Source: an uncultured Collinsella sp.
GTDB lineage: Bacteria; Actinomycetota; Coriobacteriia; Coriobacteriales; Coriobacteriaceae
Length of the DNA: 35,044 nt
NCBI GenBank assembly: GCA_900554905.1
Contig: USJB01000001.1
Span: 1 to 35,044, forward strand
Reading direction: 5' to 3'
Made by a program: the position numbers and the translations under genes. The notes under the pieces were generated by a model. The model was given only the letters and a program-made list of their open reading frames with translations. It was not told where the DNA came from and did not search any database. Shown in pieces: positions 9,343 through 19,005 of the stretch (position 1 is the first letter of the stretch; the number at the start of each line of letters is the position of its first letter).

Positions 9343-10452
9343 ATGGCAAACAAGCTCTCCGTCGCATTCATCGGCACCGGAATCATGGGTGCCCCCATCG
9401 CCGGCCACATTCTGGACGCCGGCTATCCCGTCACGGTCAACAACCGCACCAAGTCCAAGGCGGCGGCGCTTATCGAGCGCGGCGCCGTCTGGGCAGATAC
9501 GCCGGCCGATGCCGCGGCGAACGCCGATGTCGTCTTTACCATGGTGGGCTATCCCTCCGAGGTCGAGGAACTCTACCTGGCGGGCGACGGCCTGCTCGCG
9601 TGCACTAAGCCCGGCGCGGTCTTGATCGACCTCACCACGAGCTCGCCCGAGCTTGCCCGTGACATTGCCGAGGCCGCCCAGGTTTCTGGTCGCATGGCGT
9701 TTGACTGCCCCGTCACCGGCGGCGAGTCGGGAGCTATCGCCGGCACGCTCACGGCTATCGTGGGCGCTACCGAGAACGACATCGCCCCGGTCCGCGATAT
9801 CCTTTCCACCTTTGCGGCAACCATCTGCTGCTTCGATGGCGCCGGCAAGGGTCAGGCTGCCAAGCTCGCCAACCAGGTGTCGCTGGGCGCCTGCATGGTC
9901 GGCATGGCAGACGCCATGGCATTTGCCGAGCTGAGCGGCCTCGATCTGGAGAAGACCCGCCAGATGATCCTGGGCGGCACCGGCAAGTCCGGCGCTATGG
10001 AGAGCCTGGCGCCCAAGGCGCTCGACGGCGATTACAAGCCCGGCTTTATGGTCGAGCACTTCATCAAGGACCTGCGCTTGGCGCTCGCCTATGCCGACGA
10101 TCGCGAGCTTGCGCTGCCCGGCGCCGACGTGGCCTTTACGCTCTACGACATGCTCGACGCCATCGGCGGCGCCAAGCTGGGTACCCAGGCCGTCACGGTC
10201 CTCTATAAGGAGGAGGCCGACGCCATCGCCGCCGGTCTGGACTGGTCGCAGTATCGTCCCGAAGAGCACGGTGCTCACGAGGACGGCTGCGGTTGCGGCG
10301 AGCACGGCGACGACCATGAGTGCGGTTGCGGCCACCACCATGGCGAGGACCACGAGTGCTGCGGCGGCCACGGCCATGAGGAGCATGAGCACCATCATCA
10401 CGATCATGACGACCATGACCATTGCTGCTGCGGCCACCATCACGGGGAGTAG
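9343..10452 (+). CDS. NAD(P)-dependent beta-hydroxyacid dehydrogenase (MmsB/YkwC family) with His/Cys-rich tail
   Basis: AFIGTGIMGAP Rossmann motif, DCPVTGG, GQAAKLANQ, F...HFIKDL. Confidence 0.9.
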   Translation: MANKLSVAFIGTGIMGAPIAGHILDAGYPVTVNNRTKSKAAALIERGAVWADTPADAAANADVVFTMVGYPSEVEELYLAGDGLLACTKPGAVLIDLTTSSPELARDIAEAAQVSGRMAFDCPVTGGESGAIAGTLTAIVGATENDIAPVRDILSTFAATICCFDGAGKGQAAKLANQVSLGACMVGMADAMAFAELSGLDLEKTRQMILGGTGKSGAMESLAPKALDGDYKPGFMVEHFIKDLRLALAYADDRELALPGADVAFTLYDMLDAIGGAKLGTQAVTVLYKEEADAIAAGLDWSQYRPEEHGAHEDGCGCGEHGDDHECGCGHHHGEDHECCGGHGHEEHEHHHHDHDDHDHCCCGHHHGE

Positions 10453-10457
10453 CGCCC

Positions 10458-10886
10458 ATGAGCTGGACGTTCGTGGTGCTTGCGTTGGTGCTCTTTATCT
10501 TTGCGATCTACATTGGCTTTTTGTGCGGCCAGTGGGCGTGCGAAAAGCGCGTCATCACCAAGCGCGACTACTGGATTGCCAACTTTGCGGGAGCGGCGGC
10601 AGTCGTCCTGCTAACCTGGGTGTTCTCGCTGTTCCCGCTGGTGCAGTTTGCGCCGATCGGCTGGCTCGGCGGCTTTATCGCCGGCCTTAAGATGAGCTTT
10701 GGCGAGTCCGTCGGTCCGTGGCGCAAACACGACGAGGTCTTTAACGTTAACAAGGCTCACCGCGCCGCCGCCGACGCGGGCGATGCCGAGGAGCGCCGCC
10801 GTGCGCGTCGCAATGGCGCTGCCGACCGACAGCTCATCTCGGTCACCGATGACAGCAAGGGTGCTGACAAGCACGCTAAGAAATAG
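10458..10886 (+). CDS. Hypothetical membrane protein
   Basis: About three hydrophobic segments and a basic tail; GGGGAG SD before ATG 10458. Confidence 0.75.
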   Translation: MSWTFVVLALVLFIFAIYIGFLCGQWACEKRVITKRDYWIANFAGAAAVVLLTWVFSLFPLVQFAPIGWLGGFIAGLKMSFGESVGPWRKHDEVFNVNKAHRAAADAGDAEERRRARRNGAADRQLISVTDDSKGADKHAKK

Positions 10887-10901
10887 TAAAAAGAGGTAAC
10901 T

Positions 10902-11600
10902 ATGGCAGAAAACAAAGACGAACAGCTCACCGACGAGGAGCTGGCACAGCTCCAGCTGGCAGAGGAGAACGAGAACGCCGTCGACCGCCTGGTCCAGGAG
11001 CTCGGCTGCCCCACGCGCCGCATCCGTCAGTTTGCCGCCCGCGTGCTGCACCTGCTTGCCGAGCGCGATCCGCAGCGCGTCGTGCCCTGCGTGTCTGCGC
11101 TGATTGAGGCGCTCGATCGCCCCGAGGCTCAGACCCGCTGGGAGGCCCTTGATGCCCTGGCGGCGCTTGCGTCCATCTGTCCCGAGCAGATGGAAGATGC
11201 TTTTGAGGGCGCCGAGACCGCGCTCTTCGATGAGCTCTCTTCCACGCTGCGCTATGCGGCTTTCCACATGCTGTGCGTCTGGGGTTCCACGAGTGTCGAC
11301 CGTTCGCGCGAGGCCTGGTCGATTCTGGACGAAGCCATCCAGTGCTACCACGGTGACCTCGAGTATCGCGATATGCTTGGCTGCCTGTACGAGTTTGGCC
11401 AGGGCGAGATTGACGCCGAGGTCGCCGAGAAGCTCGCGCTGCGCCTTAAGTTCGATGCCGAGAACGGCAAGGGCACTTATCTCAAGGTTCGCTCGTCCGA
11501 GATTTGCGAAATGCTTGTTAAACGTTTTGGCCTGGATCTCTCCAAAAAGAAGAAGCGTGCTAGCGTTAAAAAATCTGACGACGCCGAAGACGAGGAGTAA
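10902..11600 (+). CDS. HEAT/ARM-like repeat protein
   Basis: Helical repeats (LIEALDRPEAQTRWEALDAL, ALFDELSSTLRYAA); GAGG SD. Confidence 0.7.
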   Translation: MAENKDEQLTDEELAQLQLAEENENAVDRLVQELGCPTRRIRQFAARVLHLLAERDPQRVVPCVSALIEALDRPEAQTRWEALDALAALASICPEQMEDAFEGAETALFDELSSTLRYAAFHMLCVWGSTSVDRSREAWSILDEAIQCYHGDLEYRDMLGCLYEFGQGEIDAEVAEKLALRLKFDAENGKGTYLKVRSSEICEMLVKRFGLDLSKKKKRASVKKSDDAEDEE

Positions 11601-11606
11601 CAGATT

Positions 11607-12692
11607 ATGGCGCACGATGTAGTCCTGATTCCCGGTGACGGTATCGGTCCCGAGATTACGCAGGCTATGCGCCGCGTGGTCGAGGCCACTGGTGTCCAGA
11701 TCAACTGGAACGTCCAGGAGGCCGGTGCCGGCGTCATGGATGAGTTTGGTACGCCACTGCCCCAGCATGTGCTCGATGCGGTCGCCCAGACCAAGGTTGC
11801 CATCAAGGGCCCCATCACCACGCCGGTCGGCACGGGTTTCCGCAGCGTCAACGTGGCACTGCGCAAGCACTTCGACCTGTACGCCTGCGTGCGCCCCTGC
11901 CTGTCGCAGCCGGGCGACGGCTCGCGCTTCCGCGACGTCGACCTGGTTATCGTGCGCGAGAACACCGAGGACCTCTATGCCGGCATCGAGTTCGATGAGG
12001 GCGCTGCCGAGGTCGAGGAGCTCTCGCAGCTCGTCGAGCGCTCGGGCCAGAAGACCTTCGCCGCGGATTCCGCCATCTCAATCAAGCCGATTTCCATCGC
12101 CAAGAGCCGCCGCATTGTGGAGTATGCCTTTGAGTATGCCCGCCGCTGCGGCCGCAAAAAGGTGACGGCCGTGCATAAGGCCAACATCATGAAGGCGACC
12201 GATGGCCTGTTCCTGCGCGTTGCGCGCGAGGTGGCCGCCAACTATCCCGATATCGAGTTCAACGACAAGATTGTCGACGCCACCTGCATGGGCCTGGTCC
12301 AGAACCCCAACGACTTCGATGTCCTGGTGCTGCCCAACCTGTACGGTGACATTGTGAGCGACCTGTGCGCCGGTCTGGTAGGTGGACTGGGTATGGCTCC
12401 GGGTTCCAACATCGGTGCCGACTGCGCCATCTTCGAGGCGACGCACGGCTCCGCGCCCGATATCGCTGGCCAGGATATCGCTAACCCCACGGCCGAGATT
12501 CTGTCCGCGGCTATGATGCTCGATCACCTGGGCGAGAACGACGCGGCCAATCGCATTCGCGCCGCCGTTTCTGCCACGCTCGACGAGGGTGAGCAGGTTA
12601 CCGGCGACGTTCGTCGTGCCCAGACTGGCTCCGTTGAGGGCGCTGTGGGCACGCAGGCCTTTGCCGATGCCGTTATCGCGCACCTGGCCTAA
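11607..12692 (+). CDS. icd: Isocitrate/isopropylmalate dehydrogenase family (probably NAD-dependent IDH)
   Basis: [67 protein letters not shown]. Confidence 0.85.
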   Translation: MAHDVVLIPGDGIGPEITQAMRRVVEATGVQINWNVQEAGAGVMDEFGTPLPQHVLDAVAQTKVAIKGPITTPVGTGFRSVNVALRKHFDLYACVRPCLSQPGDGSRFRDVDLVIVRENTEDLYAGIEFDEGAAEVEELSQLVERSGQKTFAADSAISIKPISIAKSRRIVEYAFEYARRCGRKKVTAVHKANIMKATDGLFLRVAREVAANYPDIEFNDKIVDATCMGLVQNPNDFDVLVLPNLYGDIVSDLCAGLVGGLGMAPGSNIGADCAIFEATHGSAPDIAGQDIANPTAEILSAAMMLDHLGENDAANRIRAAVSATLDEGEQVTGDVRRAQTGSVEGAVGTQAFADAVIAHLA

Positions 12693-12818
12693 GGCATGCA
12701 GACTGCAAACGCCTAAATAGTACTTAAGTGTTTGCGTATAACCTAAGAATCAATACGCCCGGCGCTCTGTCGGGCGTATTCTATTGCGGACTATGTTTCC
12801 TAACAAGGAGTAACCGAT

Positions 12819-13913
12819 ATGGGTCTGATTCAAAAGAAGGACGAGAAGGACGAGATCGACGGCATCCAGATCATCGAGCGCGGCGAAGGCCCCGATGGTG
12901 ATGAGGAGGAGAAGATCGATCTGGTCGCCGGTACGTCTGCCGAACATATTGCCGCCGGTACGACGGCCGAGGAGGAGGACGCTCGCCTGGAGGCAAAGAT
13001 CGCCGCGGACGCCGCCGACGAGAACCTCATGCCCGAGGAGCAGGACGAGGACGACGATATCCTGGGTTCCGACGAAGACGACCGCGCATCCAAGCACAAG
13101 AAGACGATGATTGCCGCCTTTGTGGTTGCAGTCGTGATTGCTGCCGTGATTGGCTTCTTTATTGGCAATGGTGGTTTTGGCGGCAAGGGTGTCGGCTCGG
13201 CGACCCTCACCGAGGACCAGCTCGATTCGACCGTGGCAAGCTACAGCTACAACGGCAAGAAGAGCGACATCACCGCGCGCGAGGCCATCGAGAGCCAGTA
13301 CAGCCTCGACACCGTCAAGGATGGCGATGGCAACTACACCGCTCCCTCTGCCGACGTCATCCTGTCCTACGTGCGCAACAAGATCCTGCTCGACGCTGCC
13401 GAGGACGAGGGCATCACCGTCTCTTCTAAGGAGATGAAGAAGTACGCCGAGGATTCCATCGGCACTTCGGACTACAAGACCATGGCCACGCAGTATGGCG
13501 TGTCCAAGGACCAGGCCAAGCAGATCGTCCGTCAGTCCGCGACGCTGCAGAAGCTCTACAAGAAGAAGGTCGGCGACAGCTCCGCAAGCATGCCGACCGC
13601 CCCGACCGAGCCTGCTGACGGCAACGAGGAGACCGCGAGCAAGGACTACGCCGACTACATCATCAACCTTGCCGGTGACGAGTGGGATAGCGAGAAGGGT
13701 ACCTGGAAGGATGCCGACAGCACCTATGCCAAGGCCTTCGCTGACGATGCCTTTACGGCCGATAGCGCTACCTATAAGCAAGCCATGACCGCCTATTACA
13801 CTGCTTATCAGCAGTATTCCTCGCAGGCTTCGAGCGCCAGCTCCAAGTGGACCGAGTATGCTAACGGCCTCTACGCCAAGGCCAACATCAGCATCTACGG
13901 CCTGTTTGCGTAA
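12819..13913 (+). CDS. Membrane-anchored protein, SurA-N/PrsA-like
   Basis: Acidic N-terminal region, one TM helix, then NKILLDAAEDEGITVS resembling SurA N-terminal domains. Confidence 0.6.
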   Translation: MGLIQKKDEKDEIDGIQIIERGEGPDGDEEEKIDLVAGTSAEHIAAGTTAEEEDARLEAKIAADAADENLMPEEQDEDDDILGSDEDDRASKHKKTMIAAFVVAVVIAAVIGFFIGNGGFGGKGVGSATLTEDQLDSTVASYSYNGKKSDITAREAIESQYSLDTVKDGDGNYTAPSADVILSYVRNKILLDAAEDEGITVSSKEMKKYAEDSIGTSDYKTMATQYGVSKDQAKQIVRQSATLQKLYKKKVGDSSASMPTAPTEPADGNEETASKDYADYIINLAGDEWDSEKGTWKDADSTYAKAFADDAFTADSATYKQAMTAYYTAYQQYSSQASSASSKWTEYANGLYAKANISIYGLFA

Positions 13914-13957
13914 AGATCTGTCTGAGCCGCCGAGCGCGTAGCCGAAATATCTGAATA

Positions 13958-13994
13958 AGCCCGCTAGAACGGATGTTGTTCTAGCGGGCTATTT
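13958..13994. terminator. Terminator hairpin between convergent genes
   Basis: AGCCCGCTAGAAC-GGATGTT-GTTCTAGCGGGCT, 13-bp stem. Confidence 0.75.
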
Positions 13995-14026
13995 GCGTTT
14001 AGGCGCTGGTGGCTAAATTATGCCTA

Positions 14027-14263
14027 TCAATCTTTAAGTCCAAAAAGGTTATCGGCTTCATCGTCAGGCATATATTCCAGTACATCGCCCGGTTGGCAGT
14101 CGAGTGCCCGACATATCGCGTCAAGAGTTGAAAAACGTATGGCAGAAACCTTGCCCGTCTTAATGCGTGACATATTGACCTGGGAGATGCCCACGCGTTC
14201 CGCAAGCTCTTTGGATGAGATCTTGCGTTCGGCGAGCATGCGGTCAAGCCGCAGAATAATCAT
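14027..14263 (-). CDS. Cro/C1 (YozG-like) HTH transcriptional regulator
   Basis: LAERVGIS..NMSRIKTGKVSAIRFSTLDAIC..LDCQPGD. Confidence 0.92.
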   Translation of the reverse strand: MIILRLDRMLAERKISSKELAERVGISQVNMSRIKTGKVSAIRFSTLDAICRALDCQPGDVLEYMPDDEADNLFGLKD

Positions 14264-14272
14264 GGATTCCCC

Positions 14273-14911
14273 CTAGAGCAACTCGTCATCTTGTTTTTGC
14301 AGGATATACCCGTAGCGGAAGATGCTGGCAATCAGGCAAATAATCAGGCCCGCAAAGAGCATGGAGGGCTCGAATAACTGGCCGACGAACGCATCCGTAA
14401 AGCTGCCGCCAAATCCTGAGAGTATCATTCCCGTGATTACGGCGCCAAGAAGCCTCACGGCAACGCCGCCGATAAGGAATAAATGTCCTACTCGACGAAG
14501 TGTCTGGTTACATTCAAGGTCAAAGGGCCTGCCTTCCTTTTCAATGTTTAAGAAAAGCCTGCGCACGCTTAGCGCGATGGTGAGCGCGAGGCATGTCATC
14601 AAGAGGCTCCCTATGGCAGTGTGACCATCGTGTGCGACGAGCATAAGTGGGGCCTGCGCATCGGTACCGACGATAGCAAGGCACGGCCCTTCGCCGGCTT
14701 GAAGTTCTACGGATTGGAGACACGAGCCTTGGGAGAGGCCAGGCAATATGAGTAGAAGGTCAATCGCAATGACTGCGAGGAGCCCCAGAGCGAGCGCGGT
14801 GGTAATGCAGATCGTGGCCCATTTGCAGATGCGAGCGAGCTTCCTCAGTTTGGCTACCGTCTGTTCGCGGCTGATGGTTTCATTCGATATAGATGCGTTT
14901 CGATGGACCAT
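14273..14911 (-). CDS. DUF2975 family membrane protein
   Basis: About four TM segments, PF....LR, C-terminal IFRYG..LQKQDDELL; commonly paired with a YozG-like HTH. Confidence 0.85.
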   Translation of the reverse strand: MVHRNASISNETISREQTVAKLRKLARICKWATICITTALALGLLAVIAIDLLLILPGLSQGSCLQSVELQAGEGPCLAIVGTDAQAPLMLVAHDGHTAIGSLLMTCLALTIALSVRRLFLNIEKEGRPFDLECNQTLRRVGHLFLIGGVAVRLLGAVITGMILSGFGGSFTDAFVGQLFEPSMLFAGLIICLIASIFRYGYILQKQDDELL

Positions 14912-15484
14912 AACCCCTCCAATCGGCGTTTTGGATGATACTTGTATCTTATCAGAATTAATGACAAACGATAAATAATTACGGATACTGAGTATGTAAT
15001 GATTGAAAACGATTAGCGTGAGCTATTGGCTCATTTTGGATGCCGGAGTTTGGCGCGCGGGGGATGAGGACAAATGCCAAAACTTCCCGTGATCGCACAA
15101 GTGTTTCATCGGGTTTCCCTAATTCATCTGGGAAAACAACTGCAAACGATTGCAAGTAACCGGTGAACGGTCGAAAACTACCGTTCACCGATAATCTCAA
15201 AACTGGTTCTAACTGGTATTAAGTCAAAAAGACCAATTCACATATCTTCACAATGACCTGCAATTTTTCTACACGCTATTTTTAGCCGCCCTGCGTTGTT
15301 TAGACACAGGAAAAGATCCGATCTTTTGCCAAAGCATTTCGGAACGGTTTCAAAACCGCAGGTAGAAGTGTTAACGACCGGTAAACGGTCGATTTATCAC
15401 CGTGAGCGGTGCAAAAACGTTTTACCGTATGAATCAACGAAAGCGACCTCTTCTGGGGTGATATAGTGACAACAACACGTCACG

Positions 15485-15509
15485 TGGTTACTACCAGTTT
15501 AGAAACCAC
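15485..15509. promoter_or_regulatory. Putative GntR (HutC/NagR/DasR-type) operator of the PTS operon
   Basis: TGGTTACTACCAG at 15485-97 is identical to 19778-90; pattern TGGT-N4-ACCA; adjacent AACCAC half-site; related site at 15201-20. Confidence 0.7.
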
Positions 15510-15613
15510 TGGTCTTCAAAGAACGCTTTCTAAGAAGCTTTAAGGGCGAGCGCCCGCTGGCTTCCGAAAATCATCGGACTCAGATCGTACACACCTTCGG
15601 AAGGGAAATTTGA

Positions 15614-16057
15614 ATGGTTGGCTTTATTCTTACCGGTCATGGACAGTTCGCACCCGGCCTCGCAAGCGCTATCGCTATGGTTGCTGGCGACCAGCCCGCT
15701 TTTACCGTCGTTCCTTTTGAGGGCGACCAGGCTGCTTCCTACGGTGAGGATCTCCGCGCCGCTATTACCGCCATGCGCGAGGAGTGCGATGGCGTGCTTG
15801 TCTTTACCGACCTGCTTGGCGGCACCCCGTTCAACCAGTCGATGATGATTGCCCAGGATGTCGACAACGTCGAGGTTCTGACTGGCACCAACCTTCCCAT
15901 GGTTATTGAGCTTCTGTTCCTCCGCGGCAATGCCACGCTCGCCGAGCTTGGCGAGCAGGCCGTGACCGTTGGCCAGACGGGCGTCACCGCCCAGACGGTC
16001 GCATCCGTTGCCGGCTCCGAGGAAGAGGATATCTTCGGCGACGAGGACGGCATCTAA
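15614..16057 (+). CDS. agaF: PTS mannose-family EIIA (GalNAc type)
   Basis: ILTGHG phospho-His, TDLLGGTPFN, GTNLPM. Confidence 0.9.
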   Translation: MVGFILTGHGQFAPGLASAIAMVAGDQPAFTVVPFEGDQAASYGEDLRAAITAMREECDGVLVFTDLLGGTPFNQSMMIAQDVDNVEVLTGTNLPMVIELLFLRGNATLAELGEQAVTVGQTGVTAQTVASVAGSEEEDIFGDEDGI

Positions 16058-16338
16058 TGGCCGATTTCGGAGCCAACGTCCTGAGCTCCTCGGTCGCCCT
16101 TTTAGGCCTGCTTGTCATCATGGGCTTGATTTACACCATCTGGTCGCAAAACAACATGAAGAAGAAGCAGAAGTACTTCAAGGAGCTGCACACCGAGCTC
16201 AAGCCGGGTCAAGAGGTTCTTTTCGCCGGCGGTATCTACGGAACCGTCAAAGGCATCGAAGGCGAGAAGGTCCAGATCAAAGTCCGATCCGGAGCCGTCG
16301 TAGATGTTTCGCGTTACGCGATTCAGGAGATCAAGTAG
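16057..16338 (+). CDS. yajC: YajC-like small membrane protein
   Basis: One TM helix, then LKPGQEV...GGIYGTV; TAATG overlap with EIIA. Confidence 0.85.
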   Translation: MADFGANVLSSSVALLGLLVIMGLIYTIWSQNNMKKKQKYFKELHTELKPGQEVLFAGGIYGTVKGIEGEKVQIKVRSGAVVDVSRYAIQEIK

Positions 16339-16374
16339 CTGTCGTCAGCAAATATCGAAAGGAAGCTGATCAAC

Positions 16375-16857
16375 ATGGCAGAACCCAACATTCTTCTTAC
16401 CCGCATCGATAACCGACTGGTTCATGGTCAGGTTGCAACCCAGTGGAACTCCACCCTGGGCTCCAACCTCATCCTCGTCGCCAACGACGACGTGGCGTCC
16501 AACACCATGCGCCAGAACCTCATGAAGATGGCCGCTCCCGCCGGCGTCGCTACGCGTTTCTTCTCCCTGCAGAAGACCATCGACGTCATTGGCAAGGCGA
16601 GCCCGCGCCAGAAGATCTTCATCGTGGCCGAAACACCGGAAGACGTGCTTACGCTCGTCAAGGGCGGTGTGCCTATAAAGAAGGTAAACATCGGCAACAT
16701 GCACATGTCGGAAGGAAAGCGCCAAGTCGCCACCTCCGTCGCAGTTAACGACGAGGATGTCGCTGCGTTTAAAGAGCTGCAGGAATTGGGGGTGGAGTTG
16801 GAGATCAGGCGCGTTCCGAGCACGCCTGTTGAGGACACGAGCAAGCTCTTCTCGTAA
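16375..16857 (+). CDS. agaV: PTS mannose-family EIIB (GalNAc type)
   Basis: RIDNRLVHGQV phospho-His motif, VNIGNMHMSEGK, RRVP. Confidence 0.93.
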   Translation: MAEPNILLTRIDNRLVHGQVATQWNSTLGSNLILVANDDVASNTMRQNLMKMAAPAGVATRFFSLQKTIDVIGKASPRQKIFIVAETPEDVLTLVKGGVPIKKVNIGNMHMSEGKRQVATSVAVNDEDVAAFKELQELGVELEIRRVPSTPVEDTSKLFS

Positions 16858-16947
16858 TCCTCGTGATCCACGTTGTCAGGAGTGAAACCCTGACGTTCTG
16901 TACGTGAAATCCAAAGTGCGTACATACATTTTGAAAGGAGGAGCAAG

Positions 16948-17748
16948 ATGGAATACTCGATCATCCAGATCGCTCTGGTCTTCGTCGTCACGTTCATCGC
17001 GGCAATCGACCAGTTTGACTTCCTCGAGTCTCTCTATCAGCCCATCGTCACCGGCGCCGTCATCGGTCTTATCCTTGGCGACCTCAACACCGGTCTTCTC
17101 GTGGGTGGTACCTATCAGCTCATGACGATCGGCAACATGCCGATCGGAGGCGCTCAGCCGCCTAACGCCGTCATCGGCGGCATCATGGCAGCCATTCTCG
17201 CTATCGCCACGGGTCTCGAGCCCAACGCGGCAGTCGGCCTCGCCATTCCGTTCGCTCTGCTTGGCCAGCTTGGCGTTACCCTGGTCTTCACGCTTATGTC
17301 CCCGCTTATGTCCACGGCCGATAACATGGCTCACAACGCGGACACCAAGGGCATCGAGCGCCTGAACTACTTCGCCATGGCTCTGCTCGGCCTGATCTTC
17401 GCTGTCGTCGTCACCCTGTTCTTCATCGCTGGCGCTACCATCGGTCAGACCATCGCTTCTGCCATCCCGACTTGGCTGCAGACCGGTCTCTCCGCTGCAG
17501 GCGGCATGATGCGCTTCGTCGGCTTCGCCGTCCTGCTCAAGGTTATGATGAACCGCGATATGTGGGGCTTCTTCCTCATGGGCTTTGGCCTCGCGCTCAT
17601 CACCGTTGCCAACGATTCGCTGGCAACCCCTGCTCTGCTCATCCTCGCTCTCATCGGCTTCGGCATCGCTTTCTGGGACTTCCAGCAGCAGACCGAGCTG
17701 AAGGGTGCAGCTGTTTCTGACGGAGGTGACTTCGAAGATGGCATCTAA
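16948..17748 (+). CDS. agaW: PTS mannose-family EIIC
   Basis: QPIVTGAVIGLILGD, GGAQPPN, AAGGM...VGFA. Confidence 0.92.
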   Translation: MEYSIIQIALVFVVTFIAAIDQFDFLESLYQPIVTGAVIGLILGDLNTGLLVGGTYQLMTIGNMPIGGAQPPNAVIGGIMAAILAIATGLEPNAAVGLAIPFALLGQLGVTLVFTLMSPLMSTADNMAHNADTKGIERLNYFAMALLGLIFAVVVTLFFIAGATIGQTIASAIPTWLQTGLSAAGGMMRFVGFAVLLKVMMNRDMWGFFLMGFGLALITVANDSLATPALLILALIGFGIAFWDFQQQTELKGAAVSDGGDFEDGI

Positions 17749-18820
17749 TGAGTATGTGATCCCGGAGCACTACGAGGATCTCACTCCTGCTCCGCAGCTC
17801 GACCAGAAGACCCTCAACAAGATGGCTTGGCGCTCCTGCTTCCTGCAGGCATCGTTCAACTACGAGCGCATGCAGGCCGCTGGCTGGCTTTACTCCATCA
17901 TCCCCGGTCTGGAGAAGATCCACACCAACAAGAACGACCTCGCGGCTTCCATGAGCCACAACCTGGAGTTCTTCAACACCCACCCGTTCCTCGTCACCTT
18001 TGTTATGGGCATCGTGCTTTCGCTCGAGCAGAACAAGGTTGACATCCCCACGATCCGCGCCGTCCGCGTCGCCGCAATGGGCCCGCTCGGTGGTATCGGT
18101 GACGCCCTGTTCTGGCTGACGCTCGTGCCTATCACGGCCGGCATCACCTCCAACATGGCCATCAACGGCAACGCCGCTGCGCCGATCATCTTCCTGGTGA
18201 TCTTCAACGCCGTCCAGTTCGCTCTGCGCTTCTGGCTCATGAACTGGTCCTACAAGCTTGGCACCAGCGCTATTGACGCTCTGACCGCCAACATGCAGGC
18301 CTTCACGCGTGCCGCTTCCATCATGGGCGTCTTCGTCGTCGGTTGCCTGGTCGTCACCATGGGTGGCACCCAGATCAACCTCCAGATCCCCAACGGCACC
18401 ACCCGTGGCCTCTCCGCTACTACCGTGATCGTCTCCGAGAAGGAGGCCGAGAACTTCACCGGTATGGAGGGCATCGATACCGAGACCGCTGAGGCCGGTA
18501 CCATCGCCATGACCGATGAGGACGGCAACGCCCTCACCGCTTCCGATGCCGACGGCAACGCTGTCGAGTGCGGCGTCACCGATCTGGGCAACGGCATGGA
18601 GTCCGTTACCTACGGCACCGTTACCGAGGATCCGGTCAACTTCTCTGTTGCCGACACCCTCAACACCATCGTCCCGAAGCTTGTCCCGCTTATGCTTACG
18701 CTGCTGCTTTACTACATGTTCGCTAAGCACAGCTGGACCCCGACCAAGGGCATTCTGCTGCTCTTCGTCCTTGGCATCCTGGGCGCTGGCCCGCTTGGTC
18801 TCTGGCCGAGCATCTGGTAA
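17738..18820 (+). CDS. agaE: PTS mannose-family EIID with a large loop insertion
   Basis: QASFNYERMQ, FFNTHP, MGPLGGIGDA; ATG 17738 overlaps the EIIC end. Confidence 0.92.
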   Translation: MASNEYVIPEHYEDLTPAPQLDQKTLNKMAWRSCFLQASFNYERMQAAGWLYSIIPGLEKIHTNKNDLAASMSHNLEFFNTHPFLVTFVMGIVLSLEQNKVDIPTIRAVRVAAMGPLGGIGDALFWLTLVPITAGITSNMAINGNAAAPIIFLVIFNAVQFALRFWLMNWSYKLGTSAIDALTANMQAFTRAASIMGVFVVGCLVVTMGGTQINLQIPNGTTRGLSATTVIVSEKEAENFTGMEGIDTETAEAGTIAMTDEDGNALTASDADGNAVECGVTDLGNGMESVTYGTVTEDPVNFSVADTLNTIVPKLVPLMLTLLLYYMFAKHSWTPTKGILLLFVLGILGAGPLGLWPSIW

Positions 18821-18886
18821 GGCTCTAGCTTGAGGGGTGTGTCCCTACGCGGCTCACACCCCGACCCCTTAAGCCATGTGTATGTT

Positions 18887-18925
18887 AAAAGCCGCGTGCT
18901 CGAAAGAGCGCGCGGCTTTTGTTTT
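18887..18925 (+). terminator. Rho-independent terminator
   Basis: AAAAGCCGCGTGCTC-GAAA-GAGCGCGCGGCTTTTGTTTT. Confidence 0.85.
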
Positions 18926-19005
18926 CTTGATGATTCGGGTGTTGCAGACTGATAATGCTTAACACCCTAGGTAGTTAGCCGAATTCGAGCAAAAGGGAGG
19001 ATAGG

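Noticed and set aside
14979..15200. Small ORF in the long intergenic region
   Set aside because: No SD or typical codon bias; the region is better explained as regulatory DNA.
16030..17750. EIIA and EIIC both end in EDGI* with GGCATCTAATG
   Set aside because: The match is short and DGI-type ends are common in this PTS family; not enough to infer recombination.
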